This document shows, piece after piece, positions 36,787 through 48,443 of a stretch of DNA of 64,000 bases. The stretch is from contig JANRIU010000048.1 in assembly GCA_033764615.1 (NCBI GenBank), forward strand, positions 68,058 through 132,057. The letters run 5' to 3'. Origin of the DNA: Gemmatimonadales bacterium (GTDB lineage: Bacteria > Gemmatimonadota > Gemmatimonadetes > Gemmatimonadales > GWC2-71-9). Made by a program: the position numbers and the translations under genes. Within the stretch, counting starts at the first letter, position 1, and each line of letters starts with the position of its first letter. The notes under the pieces were generated by a model. It did not search any database. It was given only the letters and a program-made list of their open reading frames with translations, and had not been told where the DNA came from.

Positions 36787-38651
36787 CGGCGGAGGCGGCC
36801 GCGGACGGCGGCCATGATCGAGTCGCCCTTGAGCGTGTCGCCCATCAGCTCCTCCACCCGGGGCGACGAGTCGACCGGTATCCGGCCCTCGAGCTCGGTG
36901 CGTTCGGGCCCGCGCACGTAGCGCGCGAGCACCTGCACCACGTACGGCGCCACGGTGCTGCCGTGCCCGGCGAACTCCATGATCGCGCCGACGACGAGCG
37001 CCGGCTTGTCGGCCGGGGCGAAGCCGATGAACCAGCCGTGGTCCTCGCCGTGCGGGTTCTGCGCCGTGCCGGTCTTCCCCGCCACCGCGAGGTCCGCGAG
37101 GCGGCTGCGCGACGCGGTGCCGCGCGCGACGACGGCCACCAGCGCCTCGCGGAGCCCGGCGAGGTCCTCGGCCTTGAGGCCGAGGTTCGTGGCGCGGCCG
37201 GCCTGCGGCGCCTGCGGCCGCACGAGGTAGGGCGTCACCAGCGTGCCGTCGCCGGCGAGCGCCTGGTAGAAGCGCACCATGTTCACCAGCGTCTGCGTGT
37301 TCTCCCCCTGCCCGATCGCGAAGTTGAGCGTCGTGGCGGGCGGGCTCCAGTTGCGCGGGCCGTAGCGCTGGTCGAAGTACGCGGTGGTGCTCGGGAAGAT
37401 CGGCACCTGCTCGCTCGGCAGGTCGATGCCGCTCCGGTCGCGGAAGCCCATGAGCACGCCGTCGGCGATGATCGCCTCGAGGCCGAGGCGGAGGCCGAGC
37501 TGGTAGAAGTAGACGTCGCAGCTCTTGGCGACGGCGCCCACGAGGTCGAGCGAGCCGTGCCCCTTCTTCTCCCAGCACTTGAAGACGCGGTTGCCGAGGC
37601 GGAAGCCGCCGGAGCACGAGATCGGCATGTGCGTGTCGAGCCGGATCAGCCCGCGCCTGAGCGCCATCGCCGCCGTGGCCAGCTTGAACGGCGAGGCGGG
37701 CGGGTAGCGGCCGATGATGGCGCGATTCAGCAGGGGCGTCGCCGAGTCGGTGTTGAGACGGCGCCACTCGTCGGCCTTGATGCCGCCGACGAAGGCGTTC
37801 GGGTCGTACGCCGGCGACGAGTACAGCGCCCGCACCTCGCCCGCGGGCGTGAGGGCGACGAGCGCGCCGCGCACCCCCGCGGGCCAGATCGAGTCGACGA
37901 AGCGCTGGAGGTCGAGGTCGATCGTCGTCGTGATCGGGATGCCGGCGGTGGGCGGGAGCGCGGGGACGCCCGCCTCGTCGCGCACGAGGCCGCCGCGCGC
38001 GTTCACCTCGATGTAGCGCATCCCCTCGCGGCCGCGGAGCGAGTCGTCGTACGACCGCTCGAGCCCCGCCTTCCCCACGATGGAACCGACCTGCGCGCCG
38101 CGGTACCGGCCGTTGTCGAGGTCGTCCTGCGTCACCTCGCCGACGTAGCCCACCAGGTGCGCCACCGCCGCCCCCGCCGGGTAGAAGCGCCGCGGCTCCG
38201 ACTGGATGACGAGCCCCGGCAGCCGCGCGCGGTGCTCCTCCAGCTTCGACACCGTGGCGAACGAGGCGTCGTTGAAGACGATCGCGGGCGCGTAGCGCGC
38301 GGTGCGGTACCGCTCCACCGTGGCGTTGACCACCGACGGGTCGAGGGTGATCACCTCGCCCATGCGGCGGAGCACGGCGCGCAGCGAGTCGAGCGACGGG
38401 GCGAGCAGCTTCACGCTGTAGCCGGCCGCGCTCTCGGCGATCACCTCGCCGCGGCGGTCGAAGATGGTGCCGCGCGGCGGCGGCAGCGGCACGGGGCGGA
38501 GGCGGTTCGTCTCGGCGCGCAGCTGGTACCGCTCGTGCTCCACGATCTGCACGCGGAAGAACGTCACCGCCAGCACGCCGAAGGCGAGCAGCAGGATCCG
38601 TCGCGCGACGACGGCGCGCTCGCGCAGGGCGACCGGGTCGAAGGTGCTCAC
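36783..38651 (-). CDS. mrdA: penicillin-binding protein 2 (elongasome transpeptidase)
   Basis: PASPFK (SxxK), SCD-like, KTGTA motifs. The GTG start overlaps the mreD TGA (GTGA). Confidence 0.9.
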   Translation of the reverse strand: MSTFDPVALRERAVVARRILLLAFGVLAVTFFRVQIVEHERYQLRAETNRLRPVPLPPPRGTIFDRRGEVIAESAAGYSVKLLAPSLDSLRAVLRRMGEVITLDPSVVNATVERYRTARYAPAIVFNDASFATVSKLEEHRARLPGLVIQSEPRRFYPAGAAVAHLVGYVGEVTQDDLDNGRYRGAQVGSIVGKAGLERSYDDSLRGREGMRYIEVNARGGLVRDEAGVPALPPTAGIPITTTIDLDLQRFVDSIWPAGVRGALVALTPAGEVRALYSSPAYDPNAFVGGIKADEWRRLNTDSATPLLNRAIIGRYPPASPFKLATAAMALRRGLIRLDTHMPISCSGGFRLGNRVFKCWEKKGHGSLDLVGAVAKSCDVYFYQLGLRLGLEAIIADGVLMGFRDRSGIDLPSEQVPIFPSTTAYFDQRYGPRNWSPPATTLNFAIGQGENTQTLVNMVRFYQALAGDGTLVTPYLVRPQAPQAGRATNLGLKAEDLAGLREALVAVVARGTASRSRLADLAVAGKTGTAQNPHGEDHGWFIGFAPADKPALVVGAIMEFAGHGSTVAPYVVQVLARYVRGPERTELEGRIPVDSSPRVEELMGDTLKGDSIMAAVRGRLRR

Positions 38652-39145
38652 AGGTCGAGCCGCACGGAGAACCACTGCCGGAAGAGGAGCACCAGCAGCG
38701 TCCCGGTGAGCGCGGTCACGAGCGCGTGCGGCGCGCCCGCGGTCAGCAGCGGCCCCAGGACGTCGCCGCCGCCGCTCGCGAGCAGCACGATGAGGTCGCG
38801 CAGCCAGAGCCCGGCGCCGAGGAAGAGCGCGGTGACGAGCAGGTTGTCGGTGAAGAAGACCGACCGTCCCCACGCCGCCACGGTGCCGACGAGCGTATGC
38901 GCGAGGAGCCCCGCGCCGAAGCGCGCGGGCACGAGCGCGTCCTCCGCGAGGCCCACGAGGAAGCCCGCCAGCGCCCCGGCCCCCGGCCCCGAGTGCATCG
39001 CGAACAGCAGGAACGCGAGCAGCAGGAAGTCGGGCGCCCACTGGCTGTCGGTGCCGAAGAGTCGCGGCCGCACCCAGAAGTGCAGCAGCAGCAGCAGCAC
39101 CGAGGCGAGCACCATCTGCCCCGTGCTCGCGCGCTCGACGCGCAT
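38648..39145 (-). CDS. mreD: rod shape-determining protein MreD
   Basis: 165-aa polytopic membrane protein between mreC and mrdA. Confidence 0.75.
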   Translation of the reverse strand: MRVERASTGQMVLASVLLLLLHFWVRPRLFGTDSQWAPDFLLLAFLLFAMHSGPGAGALAGFLVGLAEDALVPARFGAGLLAHTLVGTVAAWGRSVFFTDNLLVTALFLGAGLWLRDLIVLLASGGGDVLGPLLTAGAPHALVTALTGTLLVLLFRQWFSVRLDL

Positions 39146-39147
39146 CC

Positions 39148-40035
39148 TCACGGCTCGTCGTCCTCCTCGCGCACCTGCTCCTCCTGGCGGCGGCGGAACG
39201 CCGAGTCGGCGATGGCGGCCGGGACCGCCGCCGAGTCGCGCTGGAGCAGGAGCAGGTGGTCGACCGTGCCGAGGTTGGCGGTGGGCACGAGCCGGTAGAC
39301 GCGCTCCCACGTCTTCTGCTCGCGCGCGAGCCCCGCGACGCGGCCGACCGGCACGCCGGACGGGAAGACGCCGCCGAGCCCCGAGGTGAGGATCAGCGCG
39401 CCCTGCGGGATCGTGTCGCGGTAGCTCGCGGTGCGGAAGACCATCTCGGGGAGCGTGCCGTCGCGGCCGCCGGAGGCGGCGACGATGCCGAAGAGCCGCC
39501 CGTCCTCGGTGACGGCACTCGCGCGGAACTCGGGGTGCGCCCACGTCATGACCACGGCGGAGCCCGGCGCGATGGTGCGCACCATGCCGACCATCCCCTC
39601 CGGGGCGAGCGCGGGCTGGAAGATGCGCACGCCGCGCTCGCCGCCGGCGCTCACGAGCAGCGTGCGGCCGTCGGTCGGGAGCTCCTGGCGCAGCACCTCG
39701 GCGGTGACGAACGGCGTGGCGAGGCGGTCGCCGAGGCCGAGGAGCAGGCGGAGGCGGCGGTTCTCGCTGTCGAGCTGGTCGGCGCGGCGGGCGGCGAGGA
39801 TGGCGGAGTCGCGCTGGGCGGTGACGACGGCGAAGCGGCCGGCGCTGGTGCGGCCGAGCACGGCCTGCTCCTGGAGCCAGATGAGGGCGCGCAGCGGCGA
39901 CCAGGCGCGGAGCGCGGCCGCGACGTCGTAGCCGATGCGGGCCGGGAGGAAGAGCGCGGCGACCGCGAGGCCGATGCAGACGAGCGGGAGCCACGCGTCC
40001 CGCCGCGCCTCCGGGCGGTCCACCCCGATCGGCAT
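39148..40035 (-). CDS. mreC: rod shape-determining protein MreC
   Basis: N-terminal TM segment, coiled-coil (ENRRLRLLL), beta-barrel domains, acidic tail. Confidence 0.85.
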   Translation of the reverse strand: MPIGVDRPEARRDAWLPLVCIGLAVAALFLPARIGYDVAAALRAWSPLRALIWLQEQAVLGRTSAGRFAVVTAQRDSAILAARRADQLDSENRRLRLLLGLGDRLATPFVTAEVLRQELPTDGRTLLVSAGGERGVRIFQPALAPEGMVGMVRTIAPGSAVVMTWAHPEFRASAVTEDGRLFGIVAASGGRDGTLPEMVFRTASYRDTIPQGALILTSGLGGVFPSGVPVGRVAGLAREQKTWERVYRLVPTANLGTVDHLLLLQRDSAAVPAAIADSAFRRRQEEQVREEDDEP

Positions 40036-40039
40036 CGGG

Positions 40040-41080
40040 TCAGGCCGTCAGGACGTTCCGGTACTTCTCGTACTCGTCGAGGATGCGCCCGCTGCCGCGC
40101 ACCACGCAGGTGAGCGGGTCCTCGTCGACGTGGATGGGCAGGCCCGTCTCCTGCTGGAGCAGCACGTCGAGGCCGCGGATGAGGGCGCCGCCGCCCGTCA
40201 TGACGATCCCGCGGTCCACGATGTCGGCCGCCAGCTCGGGCGGGGTGATCTCGAGCGCGCGGCGCACCGCCTCCACGATCTGCTGGATCGGCTCCTGCAC
40301 CGCCTCGCGGATCTCGCTCGAGTGCACGCGCACCGTCTTCGGGATCCCCGAGACGAGGTCGCGGCCCTTCACCTCCATCTCCCGCTCGTCGCCGACCGAC
40401 GCCGCCGAGCCGATCTGGATCTTGATCGCCTCGGCCGTCGCCTCGCCCACGAGCAGGTTGTAGTTCTTGCGCATGAACTGGACGATCGCCTGGTCGAGCT
40501 CGTCGCCGCCGGTGCGGATCGACGTGTCGCAGACGATGCCCGAGAGCGCGATGACGGCGATCTCCGTCGTGCCGCCGCCGATGTCGATCACCATGTTGCC
40601 CGTCGGCGTCTCGACCGGCAGCCCCACGCCGATCGCCGCCGCCATCGGCTCCGCGACCATCAGCACCTGCTTCGCGCCCGCCGTCTCGGCGGAGTCGCGC
40701 ACGGCGCGGCGCTCCACCTCGGTGATGCCCGACGGCACGCAGACGATCACCTTCGGCTTCACGCGGAAGACGTGCTTGTCGATGATCGTCTTGAGGAAGT
40801 AGCGGAGCATCTTCTCGGTCACGTCGAAGTCGGCGATGACGCCGTCCTTCAGCGGCCGCACGGCGATGATGCCGTCGGGCGTGCGCCCGAGCATCCGCTT
40901 CGCCTCGAGGCCGATCCCCTTGATGCGGCCCGTCGCCTTCTCGAGCGCCACGACGGAGGGCTCGTTGAGGACGATCCCCTCGCCCTTCACGTAGACGAGC
41001 GTGTTGGCCGTGCCGAGATCGACGGCGATCTCGCTGGCGGGAACGAACTGGGAAAGATTGAACTTGCCGAAGTTGAGCAC
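40040..41080 (-). CDS. mreB: rod shape-determining actin homolog MreB
   Basis: DLGTANTLVY, IDIGGGTTE, TGGGALIRGLD. Confidence 0.95.
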   Translation of the reverse strand: MLNFGKFNLSQFVPASEIAVDLGTANTLVYVKGEGIVLNEPSVVALEKATGRIKGIGLEAKRMLGRTPDGIIAVRPLKDGVIADFDVTEKMLRYFLKTIIDKHVFRVKPKVIVCVPSGITEVERRAVRDSAETAGAKQVLMVAEPMAAAIGVGLPVETPTGNMVIDIGGGTTEIAVIALSGIVCDTSIRTGGDELDQAIVQFMRKNYNLLVGEATAEAIKIQIGSAASVGDEREMEVKGRDLVSGIPKTVRVHSSEIREAVQEPIQQIVEAVRRALEITPPELAADIVDRGIVMTGGGALIRGLDVLLQQETGLPIHVDEDPLTCVVRGSGRILDEYEKYRNVLTA

Positions 41081-41171
41081 CGGCTGCCTGGGGCCCGGGT
41101 GGAGAGCGCGTGTTGGGGGCGGAACCTACCCATCCCGGAGGGCGCCTACAACCGCTCGGGCGCCCCGCCGG

Positions 41172-41600
41172 TCAGTGTCCCGTCGACCCGAACCCGCCGA
41201 GGCCCCGCGCGGTCTCCGGGAGCGCGTCCACGGGCCGGAAGACGACCGGCTCGACCCGGGCGAAGACCATCTGGGCGATGCGCATCCCGCGGGTCACGCG
41301 GAACGGCTGGTCCCCGAGGTTCACCAGCGCCACCTGCAGCTCGCCCCGGTAGTCGGCGTCGATGGTGGCGGGGCTGTTCGGCAGGGTGATGCCGTGCCGC
41401 AGCGCCAGCCCCGACCGGGGCCGGAGCTGGCACTCGTAGCCGTGGGGGATGGCGATGGCGAAGCCGGTGCGGACGAGCGCCCGGGCCCCGGGCGCGAGCT
41501 CCAGCTCGTCGGCGCTGGCGAGGTCGTAGCCGGCGGCGCCGGCGGTCTGCGCCGCCGGCACCGGCAGCCCCTCCCCGTGCGGCAGCCGGGTGAGGAGCAC
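41172..41600 (-). CDS. dut: dUTP diphosphatase
   Basis: [29 protein letters not shown] motifs. GTG start chosen inside track ORF 41172..42485. Confidence 0.88.
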   Translation of the reverse strand: MLLTRLPHGEGLPVPAAQTAGAAGYDLASADELELAPGARALVRTGFAIAIPHGYECQLRPRSGLALRHGITLPNSPATIDADYRGELQVALVNLGDQPFRVTRGMRIAQMVFARVEPVVFRPVDALPETARGLGGFGSTGH

Positions 41601-41614
41601 GTCGAGCGGCTGGC

Positions 41615-42727
<1,113 letters not shown>

Positions 42728-42771
42728 GGGAACCTCGGGGTGCGTCGGGGGACGGCGGCTGGGGGGCGGGG

Positions 42772-44037
42772 TCAGGTCGGCCCGAGGCGCACGCTCGTCA
42801 GGCGCGCCGGGTCGAGGAACTCGGCCGCGACGGCGGCGATGTCGTCGCGGGTGATGCCATCGATCTCGGCCAGCACCGCGTCGAGCGGGCGGTACCGGTC
42901 GCCGGAGAGGGTGACGCTCGCGAGGCGGCCCATCCGGGCCCCGCTGCTCTCGAGCCCCAGCATCAGCTGGCCCTGCAGCTGCCGCTTCCCCTCGGCGAGC
43001 TCGTCGGCCGGCAGCCCCTCGCGCGCGAGCCGCCCGAACTCCGCGCGGATCGCCTCCTCCGCGCGCTCGGCGGTGGCCGGCTGCGTCGAGCAGTACGCGC
43101 CGACGATCCCCGCGCCATGGTACGACTGGCGCCAGGCGTAGACGGCGTAGCAGAGCCCCTGCTCCTCCCGGACGCTCTGGAAGAGCCGGCTCGACATCCC
43201 GCCGCCCAGGATGTTGGTGCAGATCGCCAGCGCGTAGCGCCGCGGGTCGGTGGCGCCGAAGGTGTCGGTGCCGAGCACCAGCTGCACCTGCTGCAGCTCC
43301 CGCTCCTCCACGCGGCGCACGCCGCGCTCGGCGGGCGCCGGGATGACGCGCGCAGGGGCGGCGGGCGGCGTGTCGCCCGCCAGCCACCCCTCCGTGCCGA
43401 GCGCGGCGAGGAGCGCCTCGTGCTCCACGTGGCCCGCCGCCGCGATCACGCAGTGGCCGGGACCGTAGCGGCCCGCGTGGAGCGCGCGCAGGTCGGTCGC
43501 CTGCAGGTCGGCGACGGTCTCGGGGGTGCCGAGGATCGAGTAGCCGTAGGGGTGCCGGGGCCACAGCGTCTCGGCGAAGAGCTCGAAGACGAGGTCGTCC
43601 GGCTGGTCCTGCACGCCGGCGATCTCCTCGAGGACGACGTTGCGCTCGAGCTGGAGGTCGGCGTCGCGCAGGAGGGGACGGCGCACGAGGTCGGTGAGGA
43701 CGTCGCACGCGAGCGGGAGGTCGGCGCCGAGCACCTGCGCCTGGTAGCTGGTGGTGTCGCGGCCGGTGAAGGCGTCGAGCGAGCCGCCGCGCACCTCGAG
43801 CGCGAGCGCCACCTCCCGTGCGGAGCGGCGCTCGGTGCCCTTGAAGACCATGTGCTCAAGCAGGTGCGAGACGCCCATCTTGCCGCGCGGCTCGTGCGCG
43901 CTGGCGGTCCGCACCCAGATGCCGACGGCCGCCGAGCGCACGCCCGGCAGCCGTTCGGAGAGGATCACGCAGCCGTTCGGCGCCGTCGTGCGGTGCAGGC
44001 CGTCGTCGAGGCGCTCGGTGACCACGGTGGCGTTCAC
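42772..44037 (-). CDS. M16 (pitrilysin) family zinc peptidase
   Basis: [11 protein letters not shown] (HxxEH inverted zincin). The GTG start overlaps the pnp TGA (GTGA). Confidence 0.85.
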   Translation of the reverse strand: MNATVVTERLDDGLHRTTAPNGCVILSERLPGVRSAAVGIWVRTASAHEPRGKMGVSHLLEHMVFKGTERRSAREVALALEVRGGSLDAFTGRDTTSYQAQVLGADLPLACDVLTDLVRRPLLRDADLQLERNVVLEEIAGVQDQPDDLVFELFAETLWPRHPYGYSILGTPETVADLQATDLRALHAGRYGPGHCVIAAAGHVEHEALLAALGTEGWLAGDTPPAAPARVIPAPAERGVRRVEERELQQVQLVLGTDTFGATDPRRYALAICTNILGGGMSSRLFQSVREEQGLCYAVYAWRQSYHGAGIVGAYCSTQPATAERAEEAIRAEFGRLAREGLPADELAEGKRQLQGQLMLGLESSGARMGRLASVTLSGDRYRPLDAVLAEIDGITRDDIAAVAAEFLDPARLTSVRLGPT

Positions 44038-46121
44038 TCCTTCGGGATGAGCGCCTTCCGCGACAGCTTCATGCGGCCGCGATCGTCCACCTCGAGGAGC
44101 TTCACCTTCACCACGTCGCCCTTCTTGACGACGTCCTCGGTCTTCTCCACGCGGCCGTGCTGCAGCTCGCTGATGTGGAGCAGCCCCTCGACGCCGGGCA
44201 TGATCTCGACGAAGGCGCCGAAGGCGGTGGTGCTCTTGACCGGCCCCTCGTACACGCGGCCGACCTCGGGCTCGGCGACGATCGCGGTGATCATCTCCTT
44301 CGCCCGCTGGCCCGCCTCGCCGCCGACGGCGGCGATGGTGATGATGCCGGTGTCCTCGATCGAGATCTTGGCGCCGGTCGCCTCCTGGATGCCGCGGACC
44401 GTCTTCCCCTTCGGCCCGATCACGTCGCCGATCTTCTCCGGCTTGATCTGCATCGTGAAGATGCGCGGCGCGTGCGGCGAGAGGTCGGCGCGCGGCTCGG
44501 CGAGGACCTTCGCCATCTCGGCGAGGATGTGGAGGCGGCCCTTCCGCGCCTTCTCCAGCGCCTCCTTCATGATGTCGAGGTCGAGGCCGGCGATCTTGAT
44601 GTCCATCTGGATCGCGGTGATCCCCGCCTCGGTGCCCGCCACCTTGAAGTCCATGTCGCCGAGGTGGTCCTCGGTGCCCAGGATGTCGGTGAGGACGGCG
44701 ACGCGGTCGCCCTCCTTGATCAGGCCCATCGCCACGCCCGCGCAGGCGGCCTGCATAGGCACGCCGGCGTCCATCAGCGCGAGCGAGCCGCCGCACACCG
44801 ACGCCATCGACGACGAGCCGTTCGACTCCAGGATCTCGGAGACGACGCGCAGCGTGTACGGGAACGTCTCGTGCGCCGGCAGCAGCGCCTGCAGCGCGCG
44901 CTCCGCCAGCGCGCCGTGGCCGATCTCGCGGCGGCTCGTGCCGCGCACCGGCTTCACCTCGCCCGTGGAGTAGGGCGGGAAGTTGTAGTGCAGCATGAAC
45001 GACTTGGTCGTCTCGCCGGCGGCGTCGATCGAGTCGATGCGCTGCTCGTCGTCGGCGGTGCCGAGCGTCACGGCCACGAGCGCCTGCGTCTCGCCGCGCT
45101 GGAAGAGCGCCGAGCCGTGCGGGCGCGGGAGCAGGCCCGCCTCGATCTCGATCGGGCGGATCGTGTCGGTGTCGCGGCCGTCCACGCGCTCGCCGCGGTC
45201 GAGGATCTGCGCGCGCATGACGTGGTACTCCACGTCCTCGATCGCCGCGGCGATCGCCTTGCCGGCGTCGGGGAACTCGGCCGCGATCGCCGCGACGGTC
45301 TCCTCCTTCACCGCCTGCACGCCGCCCGCGCGCGCCGCCTTGTCCTTCGCGTTGATCGCCTGCGCCATCCGCGGCGCGGCGAACGCCTTCACCTTCTCGA
45401 CCAGCGTCGCGTCGAGCTCGGCCTTCGTCCACGCCATCGCCGGCTGGCCGGCCTTCTGCACCAGCCCCTGCTGGTGCTTCACCAGCTCGCGGATCCCCTT
45501 CTGGGCGATCTTGAGCGCGTCGAGGATCTCCTGCTCGCCCACCTGCAGCGCGCCGCCCTCCACCATGTACACCGCGTCGAGCGAGCCCGAGACGACGAGG
45601 TCGATCGTGCTGTGCTCGAGCTGCGAGAAGGTCGGGTTCAGCACCCACTGCCCCGCCACCTTGCCCACGCGCACCGTGGCGAGCGGGCCGTTCCACGGCA
45701 CCGGCGAGAGCGAGAGCGCCGTCGCCGCCGCGAAGCAGCCCATCACGTCCGCGTCGTTCTCCTGGTCGGCCGAGAGCACGGTCACGAAGACCTGCACCTC
45801 GTTGCGGAACCCCTCGGGGAAGAGCGGGCGGATCGAGCGGTCGATCAGGCGGGCCTTCAGGATCTCGCCGTCCGACGGGCGCCCCTCGCGCTTCAGGAAG
45901 CCGCCGGGGATCTTGCCCGCCGCGTACGTCTTCTCGCGGTACTCCACGGTGAGCGGGAAGAACGGCAGCGTCGACTGGTTCGGCGACACGGTCACGGCAG
46001 CGAGCACGACGGTCTCGCCGTAGCGCACCAGCACGGAGCCGGCGGCCTGCTTGGCGAGGCGGCCGGTCTCGATGTGGAGGGGGCGGCCGGCGAAATCGAG
46101 TTCAAGGCGGGTGGCAGGCAT
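44034..46121 (-). CDS. pnp: polyribonucleotide nucleotidyltransferase (PNPase)
   Basis: Two RNase PH domains, KH and S1 (GAFVEI.PG.EGLLHISEL). Confidence 0.95.
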   Translation of the reverse strand: MPATRLELDFAGRPLHIETGRLAKQAAGSVLVRYGETVVLAAVTVSPNQSTLPFFPLTVEYREKTYAAGKIPGGFLKREGRPSDGEILKARLIDRSIRPLFPEGFRNEVQVFVTVLSADQENDADVMGCFAAATALSLSPVPWNGPLATVRVGKVAGQWVLNPTFSQLEHSTIDLVVSGSLDAVYMVEGGALQVGEQEILDALKIAQKGIRELVKHQQGLVQKAGQPAMAWTKAELDATLVEKVKAFAAPRMAQAINAKDKAARAGGVQAVKEETVAAIAAEFPDAGKAIAAAIEDVEYHVMRAQILDRGERVDGRDTDTIRPIEIEAGLLPRPHGSALFQRGETQALVAVTLGTADDEQRIDSIDAAGETTKSFMLHYNFPPYSTGEVKPVRGTSRREIGHGALAERALQALLPAHETFPYTLRVVSEILESNGSSSMASVCGGSLALMDAGVPMQAACAGVAMGLIKEGDRVAVLTDILGTEDHLGDMDFKVAGTEAGITAIQMDIKIAGLDLDIMKEALEKARKGRLHILAEMAKVLAEPRADLSPHAPRIFTMQIKPEKIGDVIGPKGKTVRGIQEATGAKISIEDTGIITIAAVGGEAGQRAKEMITAIVAEPEVGRVYEGPVKSTTAFGAFVEIMPGVEGLLHISELQHGRVEKTEDVVKKGDVVKVKLLEVDDRGRMKLSRKALIPKE

Positions 46122-46242
46122 CTCGGCGTCTTCTTCTCTTCGGTGTGGTGGTGCCGTCCCGAGGCTGGGCGGCGCGTCAGCGGATCAGCGGATCTGGTGT
46201 TCGCATGGGGGCCTCGCGGGGCGGATGCACCGCCACAAACGG

Positions 46243-46279
46243 CAAGGCGCCCCACCGGTGCATCGGTCGGGACGCCTTG
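46243..46279 (-). terminator. rpsO terminator / pnp leader hairpin
   Basis: Minus strand: CAAGGCGTCCC-N15-GGGGCGCCTTG, then CCGTTTGTGG. It lies 19 nt after the rpsO stop. Confidence 0.4.
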
Positions 46280-46297
46280 GGCTGCATGGGACGCGGA

Positions 46298-46558
46298 CTA
46301 ATGACGGAGCCCGAGCTCTTCGATGAGCGCGCGGTAGCCGGTGAGGTCCGTCCGCTTCAGGTACGTCAGCAGGCGGCGACGCGTGCCCACCATCTTGAGC
46401 AGCCCCCGGCGCCCGTGATGATCCTTCTTGTGCGCGCGGAAGTGGTCGGTGAGCTCGTTGATCCGCTCGGTGAGGAGCACGACCTGCACCTTCGTGGACC
46501 CGGTGTCCTCTGCGTGGATCTGGTGCTTGGCCGCGGTGGCCGACAGCGTCGCCGTCAT
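46298..46558 (-). CDS. rpsO: 30S ribosomal protein S15
   Basis: [48 protein letters not shown]. Confidence 0.92.
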   Translation of the reverse strand: MTATLSATAAKHQIHAEDTGSTKVQVVLLTERINELTDHFRAHKKDHHGRRGLLKMVGTRRRLLTYLKRTDLTGYRALIEELGLRH

Positions 46559-46726
46559 TCTGCCTTCTCTGTTCCGTGGTGCGTCGTCGGTGGCACAGGT
46601 GCTCTGGAAACCCTTGAAGCTAGCGGAGATACCCACGTGACGCAAGGCGGGTTACCGTAGGATGGCAGGCCCGCACGGGGTGCGGCACTCCTCGCCCCCA
46701 GCGCCCGGCCCCCTGCCCCAGGCCCC

Positions 46727-48424
46727 ATGCCCAACCGACTGCTCGCCCTGCTCTCCCTCGCCGCCGGCGCCTCCTGTACGGAGCCGCGCCCGGCCCCCAC
46801 GGCCACGGCCCCCGCGCCAATCCCGCCGGAGGCGATCGCCGCGCTCGACACGGCCGGGCTCGCGGCCCCGCTCCGCGTCCTCGCCGGCGACTCGCTCGAG
46901 GGGCGCCTCCCCGGCTCCCGCGGTGAGGCGCGCACCATCGCCTACCTCGAAGCGCGCTTCCGCGCCCTCGGCCTCCAGCCCGGCAGCCCCGACGGCTCGT
47001 ACCTGCAGGCGGTGCCGCTGGTCGGCATCACGGTGCAGGGCGCCCCGGCCCTCACGCTCACGCGCGGCGGCACGACGCGCACACTCCGCTGGCGCGACGA
47101 CTACGTCGCCTGGACGAAGCATGTCGCGCCGTCGGCCGAGCTGCGCGCCTCCGACCTCGTCTTCGTCGGCTACGGCATCGAGGCACCCGAGTTCGGCTGG
47201 GACGACTTCAAGGGGCTCGACGTTGCGGGGAAGACGCTCGTCATGCTCGTCAACGACCCGCCGCTCGCCGACACGACGCAGTTCGGCGGCCGGGCGATGA
47301 CGTACTACGGCCGCTGGACGTACAAGTACGAGCAGGGGATGCGGCACCGCGCGGCGGGCGTGCTGCTCGTCCACGAGACCGGACCCGCGGGGTACCCGTT
47401 CACCGTGGTGCAGGGGAAGACCGCCGAGCAGTTCGACCTCGTCACGCCCGACCGCAACCTGGCGCGTCCCGCCGTGGAGGGGTGGCTGTCGCTCGAGGCG
47501 GCCCAGGCGCTGTTCACGATGGGCGGGCAGTCGTTCGACGAGCTGAAGGCGCGCGCCACCACGCGCGAGTTCCGGCCGGTGCCGCTCGGCGTCACCGCCT
47601 CGGTGGCGCTCCGCACGTCGCTCCGCGAGGTGCGCTCGCACAACGTGCTGGCGCGCCTCGAGGGGAGCGACCCGTGGCGGCGCGACCAGTTCGTCGTGTA
47701 CACCGCGCACTGGGACCACTTCGGGATCGGCAAGCCGGTGGACGGCGACTCGATCTACAACGGCGCGGTGGACAACGCGACCGGCGTCGCCGGCCTGCTC
47801 GCGCTCGCGGCCGCGTTCCGCGCCGCGCCGACGCCGCCGGCGCGGTCGGTGCTGTTCCTCGCCGTCACCGCCGAGGAGCAGGGGCTGCTCGGCTCCGCGT
47901 ACTACGCGCTCAGGCCGGCGTGGCCGCTCGCGAAGACGCTCGCCGTGATCAACATGGACGGGCTCAACGTCTGGGGCCCCACGCGCGACCTCACGGTGAT
48001 CGGCCTCGGCGCGTCCGAGCTGGACGACTACGCCACCGAGGCCGCCGACGAGCAGGGCCGCACGCTCCGCCCCGACCCGGAGCCCGAGAAGGGCTTCTAC
48101 TACCGCTCCGACCACTTCAACTTCGCGAAGGCGGGGGTGCCGGCGTTCGACCCCGGCGAGGGGACGGACTTCATCGGCCGGCCGAAGGGATACGGGATGG
48201 AGCGGCGGGAGGCCTACACCGCGCGGCTGTACCACGCGCCGCAGGACGAGGTCGACGCGGCGTGGGACCTGCGCGGCGCCGTGCAGGACCTGCGGCTCTT
48301 CCTGGCGATGGGCTGGCGCGTGGCGAACGCGGCGCGCTTCCCCGACTGGCGCCCGGGGAACGAGTTCCGCGCCGCGCGCGAGGCGTCGCTCCGGGCGGCG
48401 CGCGACAGCGCCGCGCCGCGCTGA
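46727..48424 (+). CDS. M28 family aminopeptidase lipoprotein with PA domain
   Basis: Lipobox LAAGASC. HWDH.G..DGD.IYNGA.DNA.G, EEQGLLGS, NMD, YH...D motifs. Confidence 0.85.
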   Translation: MPNRLLALLSLAAGASCTEPRPAPTATAPAPIPPEAIAALDTAGLAAPLRVLAGDSLEGRLPGSRGEARTIAYLEARFRALGLQPGSPDGSYLQAVPLVGITVQGAPALTLTRGGTTRTLRWRDDYVAWTKHVAPSAELRASDLVFVGYGIEAPEFGWDDFKGLDVAGKTLVMLVNDPPLADTTQFGGRAMTYYGRWTYKYEQGMRHRAAGVLLVHETGPAGYPFTVVQGKTAEQFDLVTPDRNLARPAVEGWLSLEAAQALFTMGGQSFDELKARATTREFRPVPLGVTASVALRTSLREVRSHNVLARLEGSDPWRRDQFVVYTAHWDHFGIGKPVDGDSIYNGAVDNATGVAGLLALAAAFRAAPTPPARSVLFLAVTAEEQGLLGSAYYALRPAWPLAKTLAVINMDGLNVWGPTRDLTVIGLGASELDDYATEAADEQGRTLRPDPEPEKGFYYRSDHFNFAKAGVPAFDPGEGTDFIGRPKGYGMERREAYTARLYHAPQDEVDAAWDLRGAVQDLRLFLAMGWRVANAARFPDWRPGNEFRAAREASLRAARDSAAPR

Positions 48425-48443
48425 CGCGCGCGGCGCCGCCCGG

